From the IMG/VR virus record IMGVR_UViG_3300005405_000007: DNA of 20,000 nt; one strand, 5' to 3'. The translations under genes were made by a program, and so were the position numbers. Of this stretch, positions 8,101 to 16,739 are shown in pieces (positions within the stretch are counted from its first letter, which is position 1; each line of letters begins with the position of its first letter). The DNA comes from an uncultured virus (IMG/VR IMGVR_UViG_3300005405_000007) (taxonomy: Duplodnaviria; Heunggongvirae; Uroviricota; Caudoviricetes). Below the pieces are notes generated by a model, which had not been told where the DNA came from, did no database searches, and worked only from the letters and a program-made list of their open reading frames with translations.

Positions 8101-10585
8101 TATCATCGTCGAATGTATGGTAAATTTGTGTAAACAGAATAGATAAATCTTCTCTGCTAATAATGGTTAACATTAATCCTTTATTATCAGAATTGCTTAG
8201 ACTACTTGTATTAATAGTTTTTTTATTTAATTTTAGATAGCGATTACTATTATGATTATCTCCTGTACCACGGATAGATATTTCTCCATCAATAGTGTAT
8301 CCAGGTGTTGCTATTGTGATTGCATTATTTAAAGTTAATTTAGTACTCATGACTAATTTGAATTTATTTAATAATGCTTTCTTCTCTGATGTTTTCATTT
8401 TCTTAGGGTAATCAATTAATGGTAAATCAACCCATTTTGCCAATTCAACCTGTAATCCATCTACCCCACAAGATGCGACAGTACCAGTTAATGAATTCTG
8501 ATAATTATTTATTAATGTTTGATCTACAGATAGATCAGTTGCAATTGCAATTACATCAGCACTTTCTGCTAAAATATTGGTAAAAGATGATTTTAAAGAA
8601 ACTGATTCATCATAGCTGATAAAATTATCTTTTGCAAAAGAATTTATATCTGTTTGCATTGATACAATAGCTACATTTGCTTCAAATATTTGTTGATCTA
8701 CGTAAGTTAATTCATTTGATGCCTCAATTTGTGTAATGGTTGTTTCTAACGCTGTTTTTGTAGTTTCAACTTTCTTCAAATATCCATTTACTGTTTTACC
8801 TTTACTTGGTTTAATTGTAATTGGATAAGTAGATTGTAATAACCAATCATCAATCGAATTTAAAGCGTCATTTATTGCATTTACATAATGACTTTCTACT
8901 GATGTTAAATTTGTTAAATCAGTTCCATCTACAATTGCTTTTAACCCATCTGCAATAGCAATAATATCATTAGATTCAGTTTGCACATTAGTAAACAAAC
9001 CACTTAATGTTACTGATTCAGTTTGTGTAATTTGGCCATTATTAATATAAATATTCACTTGTGTTTGAAATGCAGATAAAGCAGTATTTAATTCAGTAAT
9101 TTGATTATCAACAAATGACTTTGTGAATGTTTCTTTTGTTAAATCTACTTTATTTTTTAATGCTGCTAATGCCAAAACAACATTTTGAAACAATGTGCTC
9201 AGATTTTCTCTTTGTTCAACACTAATCTCTATTGGGTATTTTTGTTGGTCTATCCAATTAGTTCTTAATTCGTTTCCTAAAGCTAACAAAGCAGTAGAAT
9301 AAGCATCTTTTTCATCTACAATGTCTAATTCTTCAGCTATCATAATATAATCAGCAGATTCAGTTTCTAATTGTATTAGATCATTTTTTAAAGCGTTTGC
9401 CTCTGCTCTTGATATGTAACCATCAGATGAAAAGTTTGAAATATCAAGTGATAAATTAGTCAATATGGTATTAGTTTCTTGATATTGCAAATCAACATAA
9501 TCATTAGCTTTTTGAATATCTATTTTAATATTACTTATTGATGCAATTAAACTTGAAACAATATTGTTTTTGAAGTTTCCAAGTTCAAGACTTTCTATCC
9601 TATTTGTAATAATATTCTTAACAATTTTTATGATTTTAGCACTAAGATCAATATCTAATCTTGAATGTTTAATAGTAACCAAATCACCAAGGGATACTTT
9701 ATCTAATAAAAACAAATATTTTTTATACTCTTCTGTTTTTGACAATTCTATAAAATTAACTTTATAGTTAAATTGAGGAATATCTATTTTACTATTTATA
9801 AAATAATTAGCTGCTGCAACTCTTAGTTGTTCTACTGCTATTTCTTCAGTTATATTATTATCTTCGTCTATACCTATATCTGTAAATTCGTGCACATTTA
9901 TTTTTGGATTTGGATAACTATTAATATACGGACTATCTACATACTTTTCAGGAAGTAGTAATCCATCTTTCCCAATAGGCATTAATCTAGTAATAATATT
10001 TGAGATATCTAGATCCTCTTCGATTCCTTGTATATTTTTACCATAACTTATTAAAATACCATTATCTTCTCCACGAGAAACCATAAGTTTAACGATAAAG
10101 TTGTCTCTAATTAATTCTCCACCCCAAGTAGCAATAATCCCATCTGTACCCATTATTGTTTCAACAGGATTTTTATAAATAAAAACCTTTGAGTTTGTAT
10201 TCTGAATATTACTTTCATTTGTAAAATCATGTGTATATTGAGTATTTGTTAATACAGCATTTAAAGCATAAGAACCACTTTGATTAGTAATTTCAACATT
10301 TTCTATAAAATTTCCAACTAAATCATAAAAAATATGCCTAGCATTAACTTTAATACCAGACATAGTTTTTACTTTTCTATATATCCTAAATAATTGTCCA
10401 TCTGCTTTAATAATATTATTTTCTAATAAATACTTCCACTTACCTCTATCATCCAAAGGAAATTCTAATTCAAGCTCATATAAACCATTTATCTCTTCAG
10501 TTATTAAACAATAAATCAACTCTGCTAAAACAACTATTCCATTATTTTCGAAATTTACTTCTTTTGAATCATATAAGCAAATAAT
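5120..10585 (-). CDS. Tail tip / Tal (prophage endopeptidase tail family) mosaic adhesin, about 1820 aa
   Basis: N-terminal EEINGLYELELEFP..GQLFRIY..HIFYDL..GGELIRDNF..ITRLMPIGKDGL..LGDLVTIKH domain, followed by helical repeats, an ILEI-like domain and HIAYA/HIKYS repeats. Lies immediately after Dit. The ORF track starts it at TTG 10600, but RBS position favours ATT at 10585. Confidence 0.9.
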   Translation of the reverse strand: MICLYDSKEVNFENNGIVVLAELIYCLITEEINGLYELELEFPLDDRGKWKYLLENNIIKADGQLFRIYRKVKTMSGIKVNARHIFYDLVGNFIENVEITNQSGSYALNAVLTNTQYTHDFTNESNIQNTNSKVFIYKNPVETIMGTDGIIATWGGELIRDNFIVKLMVSRGEDNGILISYGKNIQGIEEDLDISNIITRLMPIGKDGLLLPEKYVDSPYINSYPNPKINVHEFTDIGIDEDNNITEEIAVEQLRVAAANYFINSKIDIPQFNYKVNFIELSKTEEYKKYLFLLDKVSLGDLVTIKHSRLDIDLSAKIIKIVKNIITNRIESLELGNFKNNIVSSLIASISNIKIDIQKANDYVDLQYQETNTILTNLSLDISNFSSDGYISRAEANALKNDLIQLETESADYIMIAEELDIVDEKDAYSTALLALGNELRTNWIDQQKYPIEISVEQRENLSTLFQNVVLALAALKNKVDLTKETFTKSFVDNQITELNTALSAFQTQVNIYINNGQITQTESVTLSGLFTNVQTESNDIIAIADGLKAIVDGTDLTNLTSVESHYVNAINDALNSIDDWLLQSTYPITIKPSKGKTVNGYLKKVETTKTALETTITQIEASNELTYVDQQIFEANVAIVSMQTDINSFAKDNFISYDESVSLKSSFTNILAESADVIAIATDLSVDQTLINNYQNSLTGTVASCGVDGLQVELAKWVDLPLIDYPKKMKTSEKKALLNKFKLVMSTKLTLNNAITIATPGYTIDGEISIRGTGDNHNSNRYLKLNKKTINTSSLSNSDNKGLMLTIISREDLSILFTQIYHTFDDDTARTALATKLNSYTDTATFDDSVIIVLTSYNSIGWNQALLDAMIKVGGTGTDTGVGKFPFAFIGIPGLFKGTGLEVFSDSGTKSPYADITTKIIDGTPYGIAIGSTLISAEATLAVQKAIVEADAANLDLTKIVSTNGLITTTEKKTVKKYWDAIVAEKPNIEASANYYDLTNYPTISNSLDVYEVGYSILYDYITPILSDMTHSSTVTNLFLDNFSTYYAVKINLLKAIMGVAKTYLSDAITGLAESIVNLAQIVNTDLGDGSVSEKDANDLSSSLAQIIAESQPFIQLATDLGLGDSDNPANEKMNYVTAINNLTTELNQWIGKPSSAYIPPIVITATDKETIATYLQNVSDTKALLQTKISTMQAEIANTVVSAKLVEFVNILYTADTTNFSNQTDSKIECWFYGYAPTLLNLPASEWTTTTIKNYHIGDLFYDISTGYGYRFSGTLWEQITDTNVLNALKSASMSQGSIDASVRIFTVTPQPPYSIQDLWLELANNSVNICVVEKETGSYVATDWIDSNEYTDDIVANITKALANKAKTDAILALEELSDISDGNKITKSEKTQLKPIWDTIVVEKINLDAQALLYPSTEMTSYYIPYDTAYNALYTYLLVTVLPNNTSNPTPILSDLTKTTNIDRDEFDGKFSDYYSTREELLEFIATSAKEYADTKASYMHIAYATNSDGTSGFNFASGTYIGIYSDSNPTASTDPTKYTWSKIVGTDGTPGSNGSSSYLHIKYSNDGGSTFTTNNGEDPGTYIGTYTDFYYLDSSLVTAYTWAKIQDTQAMDILEDYADDSKLLAFEKKFVSKEWDVIYSEYPEIINQTFYTTEGGLNITIGGSALYATNYFTPAYNALASYISTLSLSTSDTITINRNDFNNYFHNYYSTKAHLLYLISNGGWTQNTSSTETDIQTALDTANTALTNANSAATTANAANMAASDALSIAISASNTANTASSTANTALDEISGALSYIDDQIILVKQWVEANFVHQ

Positions 10586-11268
10586 TATAACCACCTCCAA
10601 TTTGGTTTTATCTCTACTTTACTAACCGAACCAGTCCAACTAATTACATTCGTTCCAACTATAAGATCCGGAAAATCACCAGACATATTTTTATTCATAA
10701 GTGTGCTGTCCTTATAACAATCCATCAAGTTAGAATCAATTGTTACATAATCAGCAATATTAGTTAGATGTATCGTGTTGCTATTAATCGTTAGGTATAT
10801 TGACCCATTTCCATATACTTTAATTACTGGTTTGCTCGATGTTGTGGATGAATTAAATAATGTTGTAGGTGATGTTGTTAAAGTTACCAAGTCATTACAA
10901 ACACTATATTTATGTGGTTGACATTCAAATTGAACAATAAAATTATGTAGAATTGGAATAATTTTATTTAATGAAATTTGATTGATTATTACTGCTTTAT
11001 AAAATTTATCGTTTTCATTGCTGAACAATACTTCTCCACTACCATTTAACCAAGCGCAAATATTATCAACATTTCCATTATCTAAAGTACATTCTACAGA
11101 TTTTACTGATCCTTTATATGTGCCATAATCGATTAATAAAAAACCATCTCTACCTTGAATTTCAATTTTATCAATATTCTTTTCAGATGTTGTGATTGAA
11201 GGCAACTTATTAACGATTATACCCATATCTCTACTATCAATATTATTAAAAATAAAAAAAGCACTCAT
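10585..11268 (-). CDS. Distal tail protein (Dit)
   Basis: 227 aa, FNNIDSRDMG..IQGRDG..WLNGSG..FECQPHKY..GDFPDL..GTNVISWTG..KPNWRWL. TAATG coupling to the TMP stop. Confidence 0.9.
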   Translation of the reverse strand: MSAFFIFNNIDSRDMGIIVNKLPSITTSEKNIDKIEIQGRDGFLLIDYGTYKGSVKSVECTLDNGNVDNICAWLNGSGEVLFSNENDKFYKAVIINQISLNKIIPILHNFIVQFECQPHKYSVCNDLVTLTTSPTTLFNSSTTSSKPVIKVYGNGSIYLTINSNTIHLTNIADYVTIDSNLMDCYKDSTLMNKNMSGDFPDLIVGTNVISWTGSVSKVEIKPNWRWL

Positions 11269-13301
11269 TAATAAGCACCTCCATTCGCTAATTCAGCTTG
11301 TCTTTTATAAAATTCTAATTCCTCTGCAAAAGATTGAATGTCCTGTTTTCTATTATTTACAAAATTTTCTATAATTACGGAAAGACCACTTCCAGAATTA
11401 TTACTGTATGAATTGTTTTCTTGCTTTGTCAATACTCGTTCACCTTCATGCAGAATAGCTCTATAACCATCAAACGGGACATAATCTAAACCATTAAAAT
11501 GAGAACCATCTGCCCCATTATCTCCATCCATTTCTTCGTTACCACTTCTCCAAAAGGCTAATTTTTTAACAAGCCAAGAAACTTTATCCGTTACCCAACT
11601 AGATATGCCATCCCAAATTGACTTCATTCCATCCCAAATACTATTAAATAATCCTTTCCCAATATCTTCAAATATGGTAAATTGTAATTTTATAACATTT
11701 ACAATTGCAGATAGTAGATTTGGTAATATATTAGCCATACCATTCCAAATATCGACAAATATTTGTTTAATACCGTTCCATGCTCCCGACCAGTCTCCCT
11801 TAATAACTGATAAAATGACACTTATTATATCTTTAATGACATTTATTATTGTTGATATCACTGTCTGAATAACTTCAAATATAGGCTTAATAATATTTAA
11901 ATAGTCATTCCCATATTTATCCCATAAAATTTTGATGATTTCTAGAGCTACTTTAATAATATCAACGAATGTTGTAAAAATTCCTTTTGCCCATTCTACA
12001 AAACCTGAAAATATAGTAGAAAAACCATCTATAGTATTTTTGTTTTCTGTACCCCAATTTTGAAAAGCACTAACAAGACCTTCAATTATATTAATAAAAC
12101 CACCTAATACACCACCGATAACTTCCATAGCAAAAGCAATTTCATTTTTAATTTCTGGCATATGTGCGGTTATCCAAGATGAGAACTGACTAAGTACAGG
12201 AAGTATTTTTTCACCTAAAGGCAAGAGAATACCTGTCTCAAGATTTCGTTTGATACCAGTCATTGCTTCAGAAAATGTATTATACTTAATTTGATTGATC
12301 TTACTTAAAGCATCAATATTTTTACTAATCTCACCTTTTGTATTTACTAAAGCGGAAATTCCTTTTATTCCCATATCTTCAAATTGAGTTCCAAAAAGTG
12401 CAACACCTGCTGCATTTTGTTCAAAAGGATCTTTCATTGCAAGTAGCGCATCTGTTGTTTTCTTGAATGCTTCTTTTCCTGTTTCTCCACCTGTTGCAAA
12501 TGCTTTAGTCATTTGTGAAGCACTTAAACCTAATGCTTCAAATCCTGCTGCTGAAGTAGTACTTCCATCTTTACTTCTGATACCAAATTCTTTGATTGCA
12601 TCTGCTGCAAGATCAACATCTCTAATACCAGATTTAGAAGCGTTTGACAACATATTAAACATTTCTTCTGCATTAAAACCTTGTGCTGCAAATGTTCCAC
12701 CATACTCATTTAAAGTGTCAAGTAAATCTCCATTAGCATTAAGACCACTTTGAGCACCTTGAGCTATCAAATTATAAGCAGTATCTCCGTCTACACCAAA
12801 TTGTTTTATTAATTGGTTAGCACCTTTAATACTATCTTCAACTTCCAAACCAAAGGTATCTTTAAGTAATAATGCATTCTCAGTCATATTCTTTAAGGCA
12901 TCACCAGCCAATCCAGTCTGTTGGCTAATTGTTGTCATTGCTAAACCAATATCTTCAAAGTTTTCGCCAAAATTATCATTGTAAATTTCCAACATGGTAT
13001 CTTTCATACCACCCATGGCAGTATCGGCAACACCTGTAGCAGATTGTACACCATTTAATGCTTTTTGCAATTCATCTGCTGATTTTGCTCCAGCCAATCC
13101 CATTCCTACCACAGCAACACCTATTGCCGCTATTCCACCAACTACGGCGGTTTTTACGTTTCCACCAATATTACTAGCCATAGTTTTCCATTTACTTTGA
13201 TGTGTTTCTACATCATTATCAGCTTCATTAAAATCTTTGTCCCAACCATCTTTTTTGAGAAGAAGATCAAACCCTAAAGCACCTAAATCTATCATTGCCA
13301 A
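11268..13301 (-). CDS. Tail tape measure protein
   Basis: 677 aa, Ala/Gly-rich core (DLLDTLNEY, DAIKEFGIR, ALFGTQFEDMG), periodic Trp/Phe amphipathic repeats, and C-terminal GLDYVPFDGYRAILHEGERVL. Lies between TAC and Dit. Confidence 0.93.
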   Translation of the reverse strand: MAMIDLGALGFDLLLKKDGWDKDFNEADNDVETHQSKWKTMASNIGGNVKTAVVGGIAAIGVAVVGMGLAGAKSADELQKALNGVQSATGVADTAMGGMKDTMLEIYNDNFGENFEDIGLAMTTISQQTGLAGDALKNMTENALLLKDTFGLEVEDSIKGANQLIKQFGVDGDTAYNLIAQGAQSGLNANGDLLDTLNEYGGTFAAQGFNAEEMFNMLSNASKSGIRDVDLAADAIKEFGIRSKDGSTTSAAGFEALGLSASQMTKAFATGGETGKEAFKKTTDALLAMKDPFEQNAAGVALFGTQFEDMGIKGISALVNTKGEISKNIDALSKINQIKYNTFSEAMTGIKRNLETGILLPLGEKILPVLSQFSSWITAHMPEIKNEIAFAMEVIGGVLGGFINIIEGLVSAFQNWGTENKNTIDGFSTIFSGFVEWAKGIFTTFVDIIKVALEIIKILWDKYGNDYLNIIKPIFEVIQTVISTIINVIKDIISVILSVIKGDWSGAWNGIKQIFVDIWNGMANILPNLLSAIVNVIKLQFTIFEDIGKGLFNSIWDGMKSIWDGISSWVTDKVSWLVKKLAFWRSGNEEMDGDNGADGSHFNGLDYVPFDGYRAILHEGERVLTKQENNSYSNNSGSGLSVIIENFVNNRKQDIQSFAEELEFYKRQAELANGGAY

Positions 13302-13335
13302 TATTGCTTCACCTCCCCTTTAAAGAGGGGTAAAC

Positions 13336-13361
13336 AAAAAAGAACCTATTCAAAGGTCCTT
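13336..13361 (-). terminator. Intrinsic terminator after the lipoprotein moron
   Basis: Minus strand AAGGACCT-TTGAAT-AGGTTCTT then TTTTGTTT. Confidence 0.7.
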
Positions 13362-13382
13362 TGTAAAGTGATTAAGGTTTGT

Positions 13383-13835
13383 TTATTTTATCTTATCTGA
13401 TTTGTAATACACTTCATATGTTTCCCCCACGTTAACTTCATAAGGTATTATTCCCTCTAGTGTTTCACCTGTTTTAATTGTGCTACTTTTTAATGTTTCT
13501 TTATCTTTTGGTTGTTTATCAGTTTCAGTTAATGTTTTTGTCGATGTTTTGATTGATATATCATTCGGATTAAAATTTATGGCTTTATCAGTCTTGTTTT
13601 CTAATTTAACATATAGCAAAACTAATTCCTTACCGTCTTTTAATTCATTCCATTTATCAATCTTAGTTCTTTCCTCATTTGTAATTGCAACTAAAACTTT
13701 TTTAGTTTCAACATTTGTTGAAGTTTTTACAGGAGATACTTCACCTATAGCTGGTTTTGATTCTATTTTTTCACCGCATCCAATAACCGATAAAGATACT
13801 AATGTAACCAATAAGACACTAATTAGTTTTTTCAC
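13383..13835 (-). CDS. DUF4352-like lipoprotein (moron)
   Basis: GTG start with GGAGG. Lipobox VIG-C20. LYVKLENKTDK..FNPNDI..IKTGETLEGIIPYEV Ig-like pattern. Confidence 0.8.
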   Translation of the reverse strand: MKKLISVLLVTLVSLSVIGCGEKIESKPAIGEVSPVKTSTNVETKKVLVAITNEERTKIDKWNELKDGKELVLLYVKLENKTDKAINFNPNDISIKTSTKTLTETDKQPKDKETLKSSTIKTGETLEGIIPYEVNVGETYEVYYKSDKIK

Positions 13836-13887
13836 TTTTTAACCTCCCAAATATGATATTTACTAATATAATACAATAATACCATAT

Positions 13888-14171
13888 TTATTCTTGTTTG
13901 TAACCTTTTATTGTCTTTAATTTTGAATAGTCTGCTTTTGTTTGATTTAATCGATTTGCTTGTTTTAAATATTCTCTACCTTGTTCTGTGGACATTTTAT
14001 CTTCAATAAATGCATATTTAAAATTAGCCAAAAACAAATCATGTGGCATTTCTAATACTTCAGTTTGTTTCATATTTGTGTATTTACAAACCATTCTTAT
14101 TCTATACATGATATATTCTAATAAATCAAATTCCCCACTATTTTCATAATTAGGAACAGTGGGGATTATGA
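13888..14171 (-). CDS. Tail assembly chaperone frameshift extension (gpT-like; -1 frame)
   Basis: The 73-aa ORF (13888-14109) has no obvious RBS. Its frame is open back to the slippery site and is -1 relative to the chaperone gene. Confidence 0.8.
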
Positions 14172-14178
14172 GTTTGGG
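14132..14178 (-). promoter_or_regulatory. Programmed -1 ribosomal frameshift signal
   Basis: In-frame C CCA AAC heptamer (14178-14172), 6-nt spacer, then an 11-bp stem TCCCCACTGTT/AATAGTGGGGA (14165-14132). Confidence 0.85.
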
Positions 14179-14495
14179 TTTTGTTCAAGTTCGGTCATGA
14201 ACTCGCTGTATCCTTTTATTATAGCTAATCTAAAATTTAAAGGTAATTTATCAACAACAAATTTATCATTGTATTTTTTTCCATCATTATTGTTATTTAA
14301 TATGGTTAATGTCATATCTTTTGTAATTTCTAAAATATCAAGACTAGTCATATTATCATTTTTTCTTTCTACGTGATCCATGATTTTAATTGCAATAACT
14401 TCTGTAGGTTTTTTTACATGTAAAATATCATCTTCTGAACATTTTATATCAAATGTTTGCTCCATAAATACACTTAAATCTAACATTTTTGCCAT
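14166..14495 (-). CDS. Tail assembly chaperone (gpG-like)
   Basis: About 109 aa between MTP and TMP, ending in the slippery site. ATG 14495 follows a GGGGGA RBS, so the ORF track start at 14510 is likely too long. Confidence 0.8.
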   Translation of the reverse strand: MAKMLDLSVFMEQTFDIKCSEDDILHVKKPTEVIAIKIMDHVERKNDNMTSLDILEITKDMTLTILNNNNDGKKYNDKFVVDKLPLNFRLAIIKGYSEFMTELEQNPNS

Positions 14496-14523
14496 AATTA
14501 ATTCCCCCAAATTTGTTTTTATT

Positions 14524-14549
14524 AAGGGTAGAATTTATCTACCCTTTTT
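14524..14549. terminator. Hairpin after the major tail gene (weak terminator or stabiliser)
   Basis: AAGGGTAGA/TCTACCCTT 9-bp stem. The T-tract is better on the + strand than on the coding strand. Confidence 0.5.
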
Positions 14550-14552
14550 AAC

Positions 14553-15068
14553 TTAAACTTCTTCTTTTATTTCAACTAAAGTTCCGTCTGCTTGATTAAT
14601 TGCTTTAAACATTGCATCAATTACCGTTTCTTTATCTCCTGCAAAAGTTAATACAAATCCGTTACCTGCTGTAGCAATCATTGTGATTCTCAATTCGTTT
14701 CCATCATCTTTTGTATGGACAAATCTAAGTACATGGTTTGTCAATGACTTATTTGAACTGCCAATTTTTAGAGTTTTTAATCCAGTAGCAGTTGTCAAAG
14801 TTCCCGGCGATAATTTTGCAAGGTTAGCTAAATTCCAAGTCAAAATCCCAGATTTAAATGTAACTTCCTCTTTGGTAATAAAACGCTTTACTACCTCACC
14901 ATTATCATCTACAACTTCATATTCTGTAGGTTTGTATTCTAAACTTGCCCCACCTTTGATTCTACCAACATTGTTAGCAGTTACCTCTAATAATTCGTCA
15001 GTTGGGATAGTATCTTCATATTCCAGTATGTATAATTTACCAGAACCCAAAATTACTTCATCTGCCAT
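14553..15068 (-). CDS. Major tail (tube) protein
   Basis: 171 aa, VILGSGKLY..VGRIKGGASLEYKP..EEVTFKSGILTWN..KETVIDAMFKA. Located after the tail terminator gene. Confidence 0.85.
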   Translation of the reverse strand: MADEVILGSGKLYILEYEDTIPTDELLEVTANNVGRIKGGASLEYKPTEYEVVDDNGEVVKRFITKEEVTFKSGILTWNLANLAKLSPGTLTTATGLKTLKIGSSNKSLTNHVLRFVHTKDDGNELRITMIATAGNGFVLTFAGDKETVIDAMFKAINQADGTLVEIKEEV

Positions 15069-15087
15069 CTAATTTACCTCACTTTCA

Positions 15088-15471
15088 TTATTGTTTCCAT
15101 AGAATCCTATAAATCAAAATCCGCTCGATTGTATGTGTAGCATCGTTAGTTAAAGTGCCACCACCAATTAAAGCGGATTTCAGTATTGATGTGTCTTGAT
15201 ATTTAAACCCTTGATTGTATTCTCTAATATCTAAAAGCTCATTTATTCTTTTTTCTATCAAGGTCATGGTATCATAATGTTGAGTTATGATTCTAAATTC
15301 TAACCTGTTTTCTTTTATATCTCCACCACTTACAATAGCATCAGTATAAACCAAACAGGTATCATTACTTTCTGTAAATAAAGGATATATTTTTCCATCG
15401 TCTTCTGTCGAACTCAGGAGGGATGAAAGTTCAGAATCATTTTTTAATCTATTTAAAATAGCGTAAATCAA
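15088..15471 (-). CDS. Tail completion / terminator protein
   Basis: 127 aa, ILNRLKND..L..LL..KIYP pattern. Between gp10-like and MTP. TTGA overlap with the upstream stop. Confidence 0.7.
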   Translation of the reverse strand: MIYAILNRLKNDSELSSLLSSTEDDGKIYPLFTESNDTCLVYTDAIVSGGDIKENRLEFRIITQHYDTMTLIEKRINELLDIREYNQGFKYQDTSILKSALIGGGTLTNDATHTIERILIYRILWKQ

Positions 15472-15911
15472 CTTAATCCCTCCATTGCTTTTTTGAAGAA
15501 TAATTCTAACTTATTTCTATTTTTATCCATACTTTTTTGTAAAAATGGATGAGGTTTTTGGCCTCTAGTAAAGTGCTCACCCTTCCATTTAACACTTTCG
15601 CCTTTAAACCACCAACCTGTTTTTCTCCCATTTCCATCAGTAGCATATATACCAGTTCCTTGATGTACGTAAGGTGCATATTCAACGTTTGTTCCTACAC
15701 GACCGCGAAATTCAATATCATTTTCTTCTATCGAATGATTTATACTTGCTCTTAATAAACCTTCATCGATTGCGTCACATTCTCTTTTTGCATCACTTTC
15801 TAGTAATATTAAGGCTTTTTCTAAACCTTCTTGCAATAAAGCTTCTATTTCAGATTTTTTACCTTGTAAAATTTCCCTAGCTTGACTTGTATCTAAAATA
15901 ATATCATCCAT
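15468..15911 (-). CDS. HK97 gp10-family tail component
   Basis: DEGLLRASI..VGTNVEYAPYVHQGTG..TRGQKPHPFL motifs. Confidence 0.9.
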   Translation of the reverse strand: MDDIILDTSQAREILQGKKSEIEALLQEGLEKALILLESDAKRECDAIDEGLLRASINHSIEENDIEFRGRVGTNVEYAPYVHQGTGIYATDGNGRKTGWWFKGESVKWKGEHFTRGQKPHPFLQKSMDKNRNKLELFFKKAMEGLS

Positions 15912-16221
15912 TATAAATCACTTTCTTTAAAAACAATTGAGTATATTTTCCAATTTGATTACTAAAGGCAACTTCATAAACATCTGAACCATTTACAATT
16001 CTATTCTTTTCTGCCTCTATATCTTTGTAGGTGCTTAGACCTGTATTTGTGGAATCTGCATATTTAACATTCGCACTCGTTAATATTGTGTAACTGGCAG
16101 GATATATTGCGACTTCAATTTCTTTTACATTAGACCAATTATCAATCTTTTGACCAGAAGATGATTTGGATTTATTATTAACTTGCAACATCATTAAATT
16201 CATATTTCTATTTATACTCAT
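15904..16221 (-). CDS. Head closure (head-tail adaptor) protein
   Basis: 105 aa, SSGQKIDNW.., beta-rich. ATGA coupling to the connector gene. Expected gene position. Confidence 0.75.
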   Translation of the reverse strand: MSINRNMNLMMLQVNNKSKSSSGQKIDNWSNVKEIEVAIYPASYTILTSANVKYADSTNTGLSTYKDIEAEKNRIVNGSDVYEVAFSNQIGKYTQLFLKKVIYNG

Positions 16222-16511
16222 AATGTTTTCAACCTTTTGTAAGCATTAAGTTGTCTTTTGATATCATCTGGAATATCAGATATAAAAGTTTGGGAAATTC
16301 CTGAATAACTTTCAGATTGTAATCCTTCAGAACCTAATCTATTGTAACTAATTATTACTAATTCTTCGATTATACCTTCCATATCAGTTGGCAGTTCTAA
16401 AATGTTGCAATAATCTAATGCCTTTCTAATTGATTTGTTTATAAGAATAGTTATTAAATTATCTTTGATATCATCATTAATACCAAGAAGTATCTTTATA
16501 TTCTCAAGCAT
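16218..16511 (-). CDS. Head-tail connector protein (gp6/gp15-like)
   Basis: MLENIKILLGI..DYCN..YNRLGSEGLQSESYSGISQTF..LNAYKRL pattern. Confidence 0.9.
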   Translation of the reverse strand: MLENIKILLGINDDIKDNLITILINKSIRKALDYCNILELPTDMEGIIEELVIISYNRLGSEGLQSESYSGISQTFISDIPDDIKRQLNAYKRLKTL

Positions 16512-16523
16512 TTTTCACCATCC

Positions 16524-16721
16524 TTAAACAACTTTAACCAATTCTCCAGAATAATCTGCTCCAATTTCAAAAACATCACCAGATGTAGGCAAATATAATA
16601 AAATGCTGGAACACTGCATTTGAATTGTGCCTGTTTCATCGATTATCGAAGGATTGAAAATAACTGACGTTGTCCCATTTTCATTTAAAATTTTTTGTGT
16701 CGCATGAAGATTTAAAAACAT
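16524..16721 (-). CDS. Hypothetical 65-aa protein
   Basis: ATG 16721 preceded by GGGAGGT. The ORF track start at 16736 overlaps the RBS. Confidence 0.6.
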   Translation of the reverse strand: MFLNLHATQKILNENGTTSVIFNPSIIDETGTIQMQCSSILLYLPTSGDVFEIGADYSGELVKVV

Positions 16722-16739
16722 TTTTTTACCTCCCAATAT

